Of a stretch of 64,000 nt of DNA, positions 38,481 to 49,550 are shown one piece after another (the first letter of the stretch is position 1; each line of letters begins with the position of its first letter). This DNA is from Candidatus Calditenuaceae archaeon HR02. Lineage in GTDB: Archaea > Thermoproteota > Nitrososphaeria_A > Caldarchaeales > Calditenuaceae. The notes beneath the pieces are model-generated. The model worked only from the letters and a program-made list of their open reading frames with translations, did not search any database and was not told the origin of the DNA. The DNA is taken from contig BEHE01000010.1 of the NCBI GenBank assembly GCA_002898395.1, forward strand, positions 1 to 64,000, given 5' to 3'. The translations under genes and the position numbers were made by a program.

Positions 38481-39566
38481 TTACATGTTTAGTATAGTGC
38501 AACTGTTAAACCCAATAACAATCTCCTTGCCCTTAGAGTCTAGAAAGTTGAATCGTTCAGAGCCGTATGTGTCTACCTTTAGTACCAGCCCATTAATGTT
38601 TATGTTTAATCTTACAATTGTTCCAATGAAGATGGCATCTTCAATAGTGCCCTTAAAAGAATTTAGATAACTTTCCTGATCATTAGGGTTAATCACTTTT
38701 ATGTCTTCTGGTCTTATGCTGATGAAGTATCTCTTCCGCTTGTCTAGGATGCTTGGATGCCTGACTTTTATCTCTAGTCCAGCAGCCTCAAGTGTCGCGA
38801 TACCACTCTTCTCGTCATAATCCTTTATGCTCGTCTCTATGAAGTTAGTTGTTCCTATGAATGCGGCGATGAAAGGTGTTCTAGGATTCATGTATATTTC
38901 AAGCGGTGTTCCTTCTTGTTCGATTCTCCCATTGTTCATGACGTAGATTCTGTCGGATATCGCGAAAGCCTCAGCCTGGTCGTGGGTCACGTATATCAAC
39001 GTCTTCCTAGTCTCTCTTTGTATCCTTCTAATCTCGTACTTCAGCTCGTCCTTGAGCTTAGCGTCTATGTTGCTGAGAGGCTCGTCAAAGAGGAGGACCG
39101 CGGGATCAGTGGCCAGGACTCGCGCAATTTCCACCCTTTGGGCTTGACCACCGCTTAGCTGGGAGGGCATTCTATCCTCATACCCTTCCATGTGTACCAG
39201 CCGCAGAGCTTCCTTTACTTTTTCCTTAATCATACTTTTTGGCATTTTCCTCATTTCTAGCCCAAAAGCAACATTCTTGTATACATTCATGTGAGGAAAC
39301 AGAGCTACCCGTTGAAAGACGAATCCTATGTTCCTCTTGTCCGGAGGAAGAGAAGTGACATCTTTCTCGTCAAAAAATATTCGCCCCCCATCAGGCGGTA
39401 TGAGGCCCGCGAGTATACGCAGTGTTGTGGATTTGCCACAACCACTTGGACCAAGAATGGTTACTAACTCGCCTTCTCGTGCCCTGAGAGTAACCCTATC
39501 TACAGCAACGAATGAGCCATATCTCTTGACGAGATCTATGGCCTCCACTCTCGTCATAAACTCCAC
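38481..39566 (-). CDS. ABC transporter ATP-binding protein (PotA/MalK-like)
   Basis: GPSGCGKS, LSGGQ, LLFDEP and THDQ motifs; TOBE-like tail. Confidence 0.95.
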   Translation of the reverse strand: MEFMTRVEAIDLVKRYGSFVAVDRVTLRAREGELVTILGPSGCGKSTTLRILAGLIPPDGGRIFFDEKDVTSLPPDKRNIGFVFQRVALFPHMNVYKNVAFGLEMRKMPKSMIKEKVKEALRLVHMEGYEDRMPSQLSGGQAQRVEIARVLATDPAVLLFDEPLSNIDAKLKDELKYEIRRIQRETRKTLIYVTHDQAEAFAISDRIYVMNNGRIEQEGTPLEIYMNPRTPFIAAFIGTTNFIETSIKDYDEKSGIATLEAAGLEIKVRHPSILDKRKRYFISIRPEDIKVINPNDQESYLNSFKGTIEDAIFIGTIVRLNININGLVLKVDTYGSERFNFLDSKGKEIVIGFNSCTILNM

Positions 39567-39571
39567 CCAGA

Positions 39572-40384
39572 TTAGATCATTATGGCCCCCCTCAAATATT
39601 TTGTGCCAAAGAATTTTAGATAGAGAACTACGATGGCGAGTGATACTAGTTGGAGGACAGTCGCCTCTGCGGCAACGAATGGCTGAATCCCTGCATGTCT
39701 AATGTCGCTGAAAACCTGTAGCGGAGCAGTCTTGACCCTTGTTGGACCGGATAATAACAGGGCAGTGATAAATTCATTCAACGATAATACCAGGATGAGG
39801 ACAACACCAGCGGTAATGCCAGGGCCAACCAAGGGTAATGTTACTTTGAAGAAGGTTTTCAGTCTTCCAGCCCCAAGACACCTAGCCGCCTCTTCATAAA
39901 CAGGGTCAAGATTCCTGAAGGCTACTATCGCGGTTAAGAGCGCTAAAAGCATGAAGCCGGTGGAATATGCAACTACAAATCCCCAGAATCCTAAGAGGAA
40001 TTTATAGACAAAGTAATAACTTAGAACAAGTGCGAGACCATATGATATGCCAGGAACGTACCAGACGCCGTTAAGATACGTGAAGAGCAGCCTCTTAGCC
40101 TTAAATTCATATTTCACAAGGGCATAGGCCGCTGGGACGGCTACAGCAACATCTATCGCAACGGTAAGCAACGAAATTGAAACATTTACTAGCACCTTGT
40201 CCCAGAATGCTTCAGATATCATTGTGTAGGATTGGAATGATATTGTCATGCTGCCGTCAGGCCTGGTGACGACAACGGCCCTATAGAGAGTTATGGACAG
40301 GGGGAGGAGTATCGCTGTGCAAATGAGGATAAGGTAAAGATAAGATAGAGTGGATGAAAGTCTTTCATGCATTCTTCTGCTCAT
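39572..40384 (-). CDS. ABC permease (PotC-like)
   Basis: YEEAARCLGA EAA loop. Confidence 0.92.
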   Translation of the reverse strand: MSRRMHERLSSTLSYLYLILICTAILLPLSITLYRAVVVTRPDGSMTISFQSYTMISEAFWDKVLVNVSISLLTVAIDVAVAVPAAYALVKYEFKAKRLLFTYLNGVWYVPGISYGLALVLSYYFVYKFLLGFWGFVVAYSTGFMLLALLTAIVAFRNLDPVYEEAARCLGAGRLKTFFKVTLPLVGPGITAGVVLILVLSLNEFITALLLSGPTRVKTAPLQVFSDIRHAGIQPFVAAEATVLQLVSLAIVVLYLKFFGTKYLRGAIMI

Positions 40385-41226
40385 CAGACCAGAACACCTC
40401 GGCTTAACTTAACCACAACGTAGAAGACAACCATAGTTATTGCTACGACCATGACGCCAATAGCAGCGCCCATTCCGAAGTCGGACGTTACTAGGCTTGT
40501 TGTCCATATCTGGTTGGATAAGACTCTGGTTCCAAGTATTGGTCCACCGAGAAGTACAGGTATGGCAAGGGTGCCAAGATTCCATCCAAAGCTTGTTAGC
40601 CAGCCAGTTATTATTCCGGGAAGACTTAGCGGTAGGGTCACCCTCATAAAAGTCTTCAGTCTACTAGCCCCTAGGCATCTTGCAGCCTCTTCATATGAGC
40701 GGTCTATCCCTTGTAGTGATATGCCAATGTTGTATACCGCGAATGGTAAGGTATAAAGTGACATTCCAAATATAGCCATAGGGGCTGAGTATAGGACATC
40801 TAGAGGTGATATGCCGAGGGCGTCAAGGAGGCGGGAGACAGGCCCGCCAGGAAGGATTAGATATAGGAGACCGTAAGCTATGTAGAGCTCGCCGAAGAGG
40901 GGTATAATTAGTATCGCCCTGAATACATCTGCAAACCGTGTGACTTTGCGTAGAAGTATATATGCAAATGGATAGCCTATTATTATATCTATTACACCAG
41001 CTGTACCGGCCAAGAAAAATGTGTTCTGAAAATCTATCCTATATATTCTAAACATCTTGACATAATTGTCAAAGGTATAGATAGGTGAAAAGAAGAATGA
41101 ATCTCTGATTGTAAAGCTCACAATTAAGATCATGAAAAGCGGCAAAAAGAAAAAGAGGGATTGGAGAGCGATAGCAGGGGTTACCAGAGGAAGCGTTACC
41201 CATCTACGTCCCACAGACGGCATCAC
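40384..41226 (-). CDS. ABC permease (PotB-like)
   Basis: YEEAARCLGA...VTLPLSLPG motif. Confidence 0.92.
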   Translation of the reverse strand: MMPSVGRRWVTLPLVTPAIALQSLFFFLPLFMILIVSFTIRDSFFFSPIYTFDNYVKMFRIYRIDFQNTFFLAGTAGVIDIIIGYPFAYILLRKVTRFADVFRAILIIPLFGELYIAYGLLYLILPGGPVSRLLDALGISPLDVLYSAPMAIFGMSLYTLPFAVYNIGISLQGIDRSYEEAARCLGASRLKTFMRVTLPLSLPGIITGWLTSFGWNLGTLAIPVLLGGPILGTRVLSNQIWTTSLVTSDFGMGAAIGVMVVAITMVVFYVVVKLSRGVLV

Positions 41227-41238
41227 CTATTGTATTTT

Positions 41239-42552
41239 TCAGGCGCCTATCAATTCTTTATAAATGTTAATCCATTCTGGAGCATGTTCGTTCACATATA
41301 GCCAATCAATCTTCGGGAATTTTCGAGCTTCCTCAATGGTGGGAAAGACTTCATATATGCCTTTGGGTCCAAGAGCGTTTACCCAATCAGGCACGTATTG
41401 CTCATAGTCAGGGCCCAGAGGTCCTTCTTCTGTTCTTAACCAGAGTTCTTTCGTGTATTGTTTGTATTTGTTTATGTCGGGGAGTTGGTGCAATGGGCTA
41501 ATTAACCAATCAGCAGCCACTTGTGCGAGGAGAGGATGCTCAACGTCTTTTGGAATCCATAGCACCCCCGGCAGGTTCGGGTGTTGGCTGTTAAACTTCC
41601 AAGGTAAAACTTGACTTCCCTTAAGCTCGGGTCGAGTTATAGAGTACCCTTCCCCTAAGGCGCACCAGTATGCAGAAACCCAACTTATGTCTCTGCCAAG
41701 CAGCTCATCTAATTCGGCTTCATCGCTGGTGTACTTTAAAACATTGGGGTGCACATTCTCTGCCACCCACTTAAGGACTTCTCTCATCTCTTCTGGGTTC
41801 TTATAATTCTTGCCCAGCTCTTGTGCCATTACGACAAGCCATCCCCAGAAGCCATTGTCCTCGAATACCCATAACGTTATTTTTCCTTCGAGCCTCTTGT
41901 CTGCCAGCGCACGCCAGGAATTGAACCAATCTCCAACCTGCTTTGTGTTTACTGTGAAATTCGCGAGAGCATGTTGCTGAAACTGTATTCCGTATGGTAG
42001 CTTTAAGAAGTAATAGTCAACCATTGCCGCATTTGGCACTAGTGGTGATGGTAGGAAGGGCATAGCTATTCCCTTTGCCACAGCTTCTTCAAAGAAATTT
42101 TCTTCGATGTGCATTATATCATATGGTGCTTTAAGACCTGCTGAGTACGCTGAATAAAGCTGGAACATGAATCCGCCCTTAGCCTCTTGGGTTCCCAGAA
42201 TATCGATATCTACATTAACATCGTACATCATAGCCACATAGTCCTTAAACTCTTGGACAAAGGCTGTATCAACCAGGCCCCAGTATGTCCAATTGGCTAC
42301 TGTAAGCTTTCCCTCGCTCGCTAATGAGTCTTGGACCTCTTTAAAGGTCATATACTTGTTCACGATTGGTATCCACCGCTTTCCCTCCCAGCCTTTTTTA
42401 GCAACAGGCACCTCAACCTCCGTTGTTACTATTTGGGTGATCCTTTGTGGGAAGGCCAATGAACCAAGGGCAGCACCGACGACTAATCCACCGACCGTCC
42501 CTGCGACGGTTCCTAGAAATGCGCGTCTATTTGACTTTGGTTTTTCGGCCAT
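41239..42552 (-). CDS. ABC substrate-binding protein (Tat signal)
   Basis: NRRAFL twin-arginine signal; first gene of the ABC operon. Confidence 0.85.
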   Translation of the reverse strand: MAEKPKSNRRAFLGTVAGTVGGLVVGAALGSLAFPQRITQIVTTEVEVPVAKKGWEGKRWIPIVNKYMTFKEVQDSLASEGKLTVANWTYWGLVDTAFVQEFKDYVAMMYDVNVDIDILGTQEAKGGFMFQLYSAYSAGLKAPYDIMHIEENFFEEAVAKGIAMPFLPSPLVPNAAMVDYYFLKLPYGIQFQQHALANFTVNTKQVGDWFNSWRALADKRLEGKITLWVFEDNGFWGWLVVMAQELGKNYKNPEEMREVLKWVAENVHPNVLKYTSDEAELDELLGRDISWVSAYWCALGEGYSITRPELKGSQVLPWKFNSQHPNLPGVLWIPKDVEHPLLAQVAADWLISPLHQLPDINKYKQYTKELWLRTEEGPLGPDYEQYVPDWVNALGPKGIYEVFPTIEEARKFPKIDWLYVNEHAPEWINIYKELIGA

Positions 42553-42790
42553 TTTCGAAATTGTAGAGATGGTAGCAGCATATAAATTTTAACTACTAAG
42601 CTCTAATTGCTTTACTCAAAGCTAGCTATTTTGAGGAGGTAGTAGCTGTCCGGTCTGTCTGCATCCGCTCGGAAAGCCCAGACTTGTGCTGCTCAAGGAT
42701 ATCTCAAACCTTTCTACTTACACGCTTCTAAAGGAGACGTCATAACTCGAAGACCGCCTCGCCTCTGAAGCTGATAAATAGTTTGTATGT

Positions 42791-43222
42791 TTATTGCGGC
42801 TGTCTACTCCATATTAAATGGATGAGACCTAGAACTATTGGAGTCAGCCCGGACAGCAGACCTAGGGCATACATCGCTACTAAGTTGAAACTGAATAGCC
42901 ACCTCCACATGATCAGCATGATGAGTGTAGTCGTCACAACACCAGAGGATATCAAAAGAATCCCTACATAGCGTTTTGAACCTACGCTAGTCAGTAAGAA
43001 TAAGGACGTTGAAGCTGCTTGCAACAGAAATCCGGTAACCCAGAGAGCTAGATATGGATGGGGGAGCAGGAGGGTCTGGAGCAAGGTGAGGTCGCCGAAT
43101 AGGACTGATTGGCGCCCTTTTAAACCCATAGATGAGAAGGGCAGATTAACCCAAACCCAGTTTACAGCCAGCGATGAGATGGAGCCAGCAAATAAAATCA
43201 GTCTAATGGCTCTCCCCATCAA
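42791..43222 (-). CDS. Hypothetical membrane protein
   Basis: 143-aa ORF with about four hydrophobic segments. Confidence 0.6.
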   Translation of the reverse strand: MMGRAIRLILFAGSISSLAVNWVWVNLPFSSMGLKGRQSVLFGDLTLLQTLLLPHPYLALWVTGFLLQAASTSLFLLTSVGSKRYVGILLISSGVVTTTLIMLIMWRWLFSFNLVAMYALGLLSGLTPIVLGLIHLIWSRQPQ

Positions 43223-43401
43223 AGTCAGAAAACAGACCTTATGCTAAAAACCTTTACAAAAATTCTTTCAAATGCTCACAGGCATAATACACAGAACCTG
43301 AAATATGCATTCCCAGGCGGGAATCTTATGGGGACAGAACATGGAATCAGCTATTATTACGTTGGCTTGAAGCGTACTCATTTCTTTTTATATACCTCCA
43401 G

Positions 43402-44547
43402 TTGTATGAAAATCCCGTGAAGGTTGAGGAATTAGCAGCCCAACTAGTATCTTTCCCAACCGAGATGCCGCCGGGGAATGAGGAAGAGTGCGCAGCATAT
43501 CTCAGAGACTATTTCAACGACTTGCATATAGAAGGGAGCGTGGTTGAAATGCATAGGTTTGCTGATAAGAGAGCAAACCTTGTTGTTCGTATCGGTCCTT
43601 CAGGCAAGGCAGGGCTTCTCTTATCTGGGCATCTTGATGTCGTTCCGGCTGGTGATCCGACTTTATGGGACACCCCGGCCTTTGAACCTAAAATCCGCGA
43701 GGGACGACTCTATGGAAGAGGAGCTGCCGACATGAAGGGGGGAGTAGCCGCCATGGTTAAAGCTATTGAGACTTTCAAGAACAAAGAATTGGAGCGTGGA
43801 ATAATCTTCGTGGCCACAGCTGGCGAGGAAATGGGCTTCGACGGGCTCAAGGCTCTCATCAGAGACGGAAAACTGAAGGATAATGATGCGCTTTATGGGG
43901 TTATTGGGGAGCCAACAGAGCTACGCCCAGTCAGGGCCCATAAGGGAGGCACAATATTCAAGATAACTTTTCATGGGCGTAGCGCCCACTCAAGCAGGCC
44001 CGACCTAGGCATAAACGCCATAGAGAACGCTGCGCATTTCATAGTAGAGTTGATAAATATGAGGAAGAGACTAGGCGAAATACAGGATCCTGATCTCGGG
44101 GCGTCAGTACTCTCCACAACAATTATCGAAGGTGGGATAAAAGAAAACGTAATACCGGAAAGCTGCCAAGTGGTCGTTGACTGCCGCAGAATCCCATCAC
44201 ACAGCAGAGAATATATCTACTCAAAGCTCGAAGAATTAGCGTCAAGCCTCAGAGAAAGACTCCCCACCCTCCAGTTAACTATAGCGGAGATACTCAGCTA
44301 CGACCCACTCAACACGCCGATAGACCACCCACTCGTTAAGCTATGCGAAGAAATTACAGGCCAAGCATCCGAAACCGCCCCGTACGGCACAGAAGGCTCA
44401 CTATACCAAAAATTGAATATACCCACAATAATACTCGGACCTGGAAGCGTAAAGCAAGCACACATTCCAAACGAGTATGTGGAGATAAAACAGCTCCACC
44501 AGGCACAATCACTTTACGAGGAACTCATAAGACGTATCTGCCTCTAA
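43402..44547 (+). CDS. M20-family amidohydrolase (ArgE/DapE-like)
   Basis: SGHLDVVP, GRGAADMKGG, GEE, GEPT and QAHIPNE motifs. Confidence 0.94.
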   Translation: MYENPVKVEELAAQLVSFPTEMPPGNEEECAAYLRDYFNDLHIEGSVVEMHRFADKRANLVVRIGPSGKAGLLLSGHLDVVPAGDPTLWDTPAFEPKIREGRLYGRGAADMKGGVAAMVKAIETFKNKELERGIIFVATAGEEMGFDGLKALIRDGKLKDNDALYGVIGEPTELRPVRAHKGGTIFKITFHGRSAHSSRPDLGINAIENAAHFIVELINMRKRLGEIQDPDLGASVLSTTIIEGGIKENVIPESCQVVVDCRRIPSHSREYIYSKLEELASSLRERLPTLQLTIAEILSYDPLNTPIDHPLVKLCEEITGQASETAPYGTEGSLYQKLNIPTIILGPGSVKQAHIPNEYVEIKQLHQAQSLYEELIRRICL

Positions 44548-44644
44548 ACTCGCATGCTACGCATAGCTAACAAATAGCTAGGGGTAATTTTCTAGCTCAA
44601 CTAACATTACAATCACGCCACTATACAACTTAAATACAACATTT

Positions 44645-45670
44645 GTGATGAGTGTTGGTGATTTGGAGGTAAATAGAGTTTCTTTAGGGTTTTATCCTAC
44701 ACCATTCCATCCAATGACTAACCTGTCCCGCCATCTTAAGGGTCCGCGGATATATGTAAAGAGAGATGATTTAACTGGTCTAGCACTAGGAGGAAATAAG
44801 ACGCGCATATTAGAGTACGTTTTAGGGGATGTCGTGAGTAGGGGTGCCGATGTGGTGATTGCCACATCGGGGGTCCAATCTAATTGGGCTAGACAAATCA
44901 CTGCAGCGGCAAGAATTCTTGGAATTAAGCCCGTATTAGTCCTAAGAACTGCTCAGTTTACAGGCACAAGTATTGACTATACTGGGAACCTACTTCTTGA
45001 CTATTTGATGGGGGCGGATGCGCGAATAGTTGAGGCCTCAATAAGGGATAACATTTTAAGGGAGATGGAGAAGGTCGCGGACGAGTATAGAGCTATGGGA
45101 CATAATCCTGCAATAATCACCGATGAACCCGCGGTCGGGGTGTTAGGATATTATGATTGTGCACGAGAAATAATAGAGCAGTCGGAAAAGCTAGGCATAG
45201 AGGTTGATTATGTGGTGCACGCCACTAGTGGTGGGCCGACGCAGGCAGGGTTAATCCTTGGATTCTCAGCCGCGGGCAAAAGAACTAAAGTTATAGGGGT
45301 AAATTCCGCAGCATATGACAGGGCCACAACAGCATCTAGGATACGCAACTTTATAGAGAAAGGGGCCGAGCTTATTAATTTAGATAAGGAGAAGCTATCT
45401 AGTATCGCTGTAGAAGTACTAGATGGGTATGGCGATTATGGTGAAGCTACTGAGGAGGTCATTGACGCCATACTACTAACAGCGAGGCTCGAAGGAATAA
45501 TTCTCGACCCTGTATACTCTGGGAAAGCCATGGCCGGCCTAATCGATATGATCCAGCAGAGGCAGATTGACAATGACGCTAACGTGGTTTTCATACATAC
45601 TGGAGGCATACCCGCTGTATTCGCATATAAAGAACTATTGTTCAAAAAGATTCAAAGCCTGCCCCAATAA
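44645..45670 (+). CDS. D-cysteine desulfhydrase / ACC deaminase-family PLP enzyme
   Basis: KRDDLTG.ALGGNKTR, QSN, DPVYSGKAM and FIHTGG motifs. Confidence 0.93.
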   Translation: MMSVGDLEVNRVSLGFYPTPFHPMTNLSRHLKGPRIYVKRDDLTGLALGGNKTRILEYVLGDVVSRGADVVIATSGVQSNWARQITAAARILGIKPVLVLRTAQFTGTSIDYTGNLLLDYLMGADARIVEASIRDNILREMEKVADEYRAMGHNPAIITDEPAVGVLGYYDCAREIIEQSEKLGIEVDYVVHATSGGPTQAGLILGFSAAGKRTKVIGVNSAAYDRATTASRIRNFIEKGAELINLDKEKLSSIAVEVLDGYGDYGEATEEVIDAILLTARLEGIILDPVYSGKAMAGLIDMIQQRQIDNDANVVFIHTGGIPAVFAYKELLFKKIQSLPQ

Positions 45671-45675
45671 TATCC

Positions 45676-46686
45676 TTGACGATCCATATGAGGAAGGTTG
45701 GAGTGGGGGTAATCGGGCTAGGTGATTTCGGAGAAAGGCACGTACAGGCTATCAAAGCAATTCCATGGGCGGAGCTAATCGCGGTTTGTTCAAGGTCTGA
45801 GAGTAGGGCCAAAGAGGTGGCGCAAAGATACGGTGCGAAGAGATGGTATATTGATAGAAGAAAGATCGTGGAGGATGTGGAAGTAGACGTTGTTACAATA
45901 GCCACGGCTGACGATGACCATGCCGAACCCACCATACTAGCGAGTGAGGCGGGTAAACATGTTCTGCTCGAGAAGCCCATAGCTACAACACTTGAAGATG
46001 CAGATAAAATCATATCGACTATTAAGAGTTCCGGTGTGATATTCATGGTGGGACACATTTTACGGTTCGACAGGAGATACAGGATGGTGAGGGAGATGAG
46101 ACTGAGGGGCGAACTCGGCGAAATTATCTCGGTCTATGCCAGAAGAGTTGGCTCATCCCGCGCAGCCGAGAGATTTCTCAACAGAGTTTCACCAATAGTC
46201 CAACACGGGATACATGATATAGACATCATCAGGTGGGTCTGGGGGAAGGAGGCAAAAAAAGTTTATGCAAATGCTATAAAGTTTAGAGAGTATAAATATC
46301 CGGACGTCTTCTGGACCATTGTAGAGTTTGAAGGCGGTAAGGTCGGCGTAGTTGAGTGCGGTTTCATACTCCCAAATACATACCCACACTTCATAGACTC
46401 TTTCTTTGAACTTCTGTCGGAGGATGCAGCGATACACATATACACGCCTGGAGAATATTTCACCATCTATCATGATAAGCACTTATCTAAGCCTGACGTG
46501 ACATACTGGCCCCAATTAAACCAGTATGCAGAGGGCGCGCTAAAAGATGAGATCGAGTACTTCTTACGATGTGTTGTGAGTGGGGTGCAACCTGACCTCA
46601 TAGCCCCAGAAGATGCGAGAAGAGCCCTAGAGATAGCCTTAGCAGCGGAAAAATCCGCTCTAGTTGGATCAACTGTGATGCTCTAA
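45676..46686 (+). CDS. Gfo/Idh/MocA-family oxidoreductase
   Basis: IGLGDFG, EKP, VGHILRF and GIHDID motifs. Confidence 0.94.
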   Translation: MTIHMRKVGVGVIGLGDFGERHVQAIKAIPWAELIAVCSRSESRAKEVAQRYGAKRWYIDRRKIVEDVEVDVVTIATADDDHAEPTILASEAGKHVLLEKPIATTLEDADKIISTIKSSGVIFMVGHILRFDRRYRMVREMRLRGELGEIISVYARRVGSSRAAERFLNRVSPIVQHGIHDIDIIRWVWGKEAKKVYANAIKFREYKYPDVFWTIVEFEGGKVGVVECGFILPNTYPHFIDSFFELLSEDAAIHIYTPGEYFTIYHDKHLSKPDVTYWPQLNQYAEGALKDEIEYFLRCVVSGVQPDLIAPEDARRALEIALAAEKSALVGSTVML

Positions 46687-46830
46687 ACGTATACAATGTA
46701 GCGGAGATGCTCTTGTATAGTAGTATCCTCTAACCCACTGTTATGAACTTTAGGTAAATTTGTTACATCTATGTTTAAGACTATGGTGTGGATTAAACTT
46801 ATCTCCTAGTGGAACATAGGCTTAACTGAG

Positions 46831-47574
46831 TTGAGAATAACTAGAGAAATTTACATGGTGGGAGATGGGAAGCGAGGGCTATCTCACCCACTAGATTGTT
46901 GCATATACCTAGTAGATTGTGGCGGGATATATGTCTTGATCGATGCCGGTGTTGGATTAGATAGCCCGCGTATACCTGATAACATAGTTAGCGAGGACAT
47001 TAGTCTCGACAAGGTTCGGCACCTATTCGTAACCCACGCCCACTCAGATCATGCTGGAGGTGCAAAATACTTCCAAGAGAACTTGAGTATCGAGGTTTTA
47101 GCACCTTCAATAGAATCAGAGATAATGTCTGCTGGAAGCGATGAGGAGCTTGGATTAAACATGACTCGCGGGTCCATATATCCTCCTGAATATAAATTCA
47201 TGCATTGTAAGCCCGATAGGGTGCTGGTTGATGGTGAAGAGATTAAGATTGGAGGGAAAACCTTTAAACTGATTCAGGTTCCGGGGCACTCGCCGGGCGC
47301 TTCTTGTATCCTAGTTAAAGAGGAAAAGACCCTCTTTTCCGGCGATGTGGTCTTCCATGGCGGTACTATAGGCCTAGGTAATTGGCCTGGATGTAGCCTA
47401 GATGAGTATAGGAAGAATATTGGAAAGCTAGGGGGTCTAGGCATTAAGAAACTCTTCCCTGGACATTTTCTCTTCACACTCGACGACGGACAAAAACACA
47501 TCGATACGGCTATAAATAATCTAAAAGGGCCATGGATACCCCCCGCGTGGCAGCATAATCATCCACATTACTAG
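46831..47574 (+). CDS. MBL-fold metallohydrolase
   Basis: THAHSDH, PGHSPG, SGD and PGH motifs. Confidence 0.93.
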   Translation: MRITREIYMVGDGKRGLSHPLDCCIYLVDCGGIYVLIDAGVGLDSPRIPDNIVSEDISLDKVRHLFVTHAHSDHAGGAKYFQENLSIEVLAPSIESEIMSAGSDEELGLNMTRGSIYPPEYKFMHCKPDRVLVDGEEIKIGGKTFKLIQVPGHSPGASCILVKEEKTLFSGDVVFHGGTIGLGNWPGCSLDEYRKNIGKLGGLGIKKLFPGHFLFTLDDGQKHIDTAINNLKGPWIPPAWQHNHPHY

Positions 47575-47602
47575 GAAGACTCATCCTTTTTGGGAGGGTA
47601 GG

Positions 47603-48079
47603 CTAGATGTAGCGTGGGTGCCATTCTACACCTTCCCAGCTCACCAAACTCCTAGGAGTCACTCTAATCAGATATCGTGGCCGATTCAACGTGGGGGTAA
47701 GATATTCTGGTCCTCTCTCACCCAGATATCTCAGGGCCATCTTATTTGCGATCTCAACCCACCTGCCACCAACAATGGGCCCCTCAACTATCTCTGCAAG
47801 CCCCTCCACAAGAACCCGTGTATAAGGTGGGTCGTCTCTGCTTATCTGTACCGCCACCCGCGGATCGTTCTTGATGTGTTCAACCCACACCGATTTTGCA
47901 CGGGCGACAAAATAAAAATACGGCTCCTCGTAATAGAACCATGCAGGAACTATGTAAGGCGATCCATCCTTTTTTAAAGTCGCAATCCTAGCAATATATG
48001 GCTTTGCCAAAAACTGGGAAAGCTCCTCTTTAGTTAGACCACGCATCTTACCCATCCATTGGGGATACTTATCTCCCAT
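47603..48079 (-). CDS. Pyridoxamine 5'-phosphate oxidase-like (PPOX/FDOR, possibly F420-binding) protein
   Basis: ARIATLKKDGSPYIVPAW and NDPRVAV motifs. Confidence 0.9.
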   Translation of the reverse strand: MGDKYPQWMGKMRGLTKEELSQFLAKPYIARIATLKKDGSPYIVPAWFYYEEPYFYFVARAKSVWVEHIKNDPRVAVQISRDDPPYTRVLVEGLAEIVEGPIVGGRWVEIANKMALRYLGERGPEYLTPTLNRPRYLIRVTPRSLVSWEGVEWHPRYI

Positions 48080-48774
48080 CGAATATCATCTATTCGGCTT
48101 TGTATATTAAAATTTCCTCTATAAGAGCAGGGTTATAACATCTTTAAGATACAAGCTCGTTTCTCAGCTATGTGGTCGAAAGAGTTTAATATCTTGGTGC
48201 GCGGAGTTATGGGATAATTTTTATTGTAGAATTAATTACTTCAGAAACTATTCACGTGGTGAGATATATAAGAAGGGTGGATAATTGAAACTAAGCGTAA
48301 TACCGTGACATTTAAATGTATATAACTGGTTTTAAGAATCTTGCTCGGTACTGCCGAGTTAAGTCTGCCCATTCCTTGATCCATCTCTCAGATATCTTGG
48401 GTTTGTAAGTAGAGAAGCACGTATTGAATTATTTTATCTTCCCATGACACAATCGAGGAGATGAGAAGATGCCGAAGACGTGTTAGAATGCCCCAGCTGG
48501 CCCCTCTCTAGACCGTTATTCTCCATTATCTTCGGGCCGCTGGCATAAGGAGAAAGGGAATGGAGTCCGATGCCAATGTCAGCTCGCTGGTCATGCTATT
48601 CGCGTTACTGGAAGAACCTCTTTATTGCGTCCTGATCTCTTCGCGGTGATCGATGTGGGTCAGTAGGTTGCAGGAGTCTGAGGAGGAATGGTCTTATGGG
48701 CCTTAATCCTATGTACTCCCTGCAGGAAGTGCGGGATTCGTCACGAGGGAGATTCTCCGAAGGTTCGGTAAGTC

Positions 48775-49431
48775 TCAGGAGAGGTAACCCTGCGTGGCTA
48801 TGTAGCTCCTGACCATCCTCCTCACCCCCCTCCTGATCATGACGGAGAGCGATGCAGGTGATAATCCGAACTCCCTAGCTGCTTCGCGGATGGAGACCTT
48901 TCTAGGGACGTCGAAGTAGCCCATCTCCAGTGTCCTCATTATCACGTTTAGCTGGGGGGACAAGATCTCGCTATGGCCCTCGAGCTCGACGCACTCGGTC
49001 AGCTCCGCTTCTTCTCCCCTCTCTCTCAACGCCTCTAATATCTTAGGGACCTCTCTATCCGTAGCGACGAATGTCCAGAACAGTTTCCCCTCCTTAACCC
49101 TGTACTCCCCTCTTTTCATCAGACACCTCTTTGCCACGACGCCGCACAAATCACACTTACTCGATCTCACCAGTCCTGAGACAGAGCTGTTCGGCTTGTT
49201 CGGTCTGACGAAGACAATTTCATCGACGTTCATCGACTTCTTGAGAATGCTCATTACCTTCGAGGACGTCATACTATTTCCTGTCTTTATGAGGAAGAGG
49301 TGTGTTATCGATCCGTCGTCGTTTTGGATGCAGTCCAGAATACTTATCGATTTCACACCACACCCCACGATATCTCTAGCCCATGCGGTCAGTGGGACTT
49401 TTAAAGCAACCGTGACCCTCTTTAAAGTCAA
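48775..49431 (-). CDS. Bacterio-opsin-activator-like (HTH_10) transcriptional regulator
   Basis: C-terminal LEMGYFDVPRKVSIREAA..LSPASLSVMIRRG; N-terminal CDLC..C. Confidence 0.9.
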   Translation of the reverse strand: MTLKRVTVALKVPLTAWARDIVGCGVKSISILDCIQNDDGSITHLFLIKTGNSMTSSKVMSILKKSMNVDEIVFVRPNKPNSSVSGLVRSSKCDLCGVVAKRCLMKRGEYRVKEGKLFWTFVATDREVPKILEALRERGEEAELTECVELEGHSEILSPQLNVIMRTLEMGYFDVPRKVSIREAAREFGLSPASLSVMIRRGVRRMVRSYIATQGYLS

Positions 49432-49550
49432 GGCTGACTCCTTTTAAAATAGCGGACCCTTGAAATATAACTTAATGTATTCAAGTGTGTGCGAATGCAT
49501 ACAAATGTATACAAGATCCTGGTGAAATGTGGTGTATAGGGGACTATCGG

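Noticed and set aside
48100-48770. Possible gene remnants between the PPOX gene and the nos regulator
   Set aside because: Only short broken frames are present, with no family motif I can identify.
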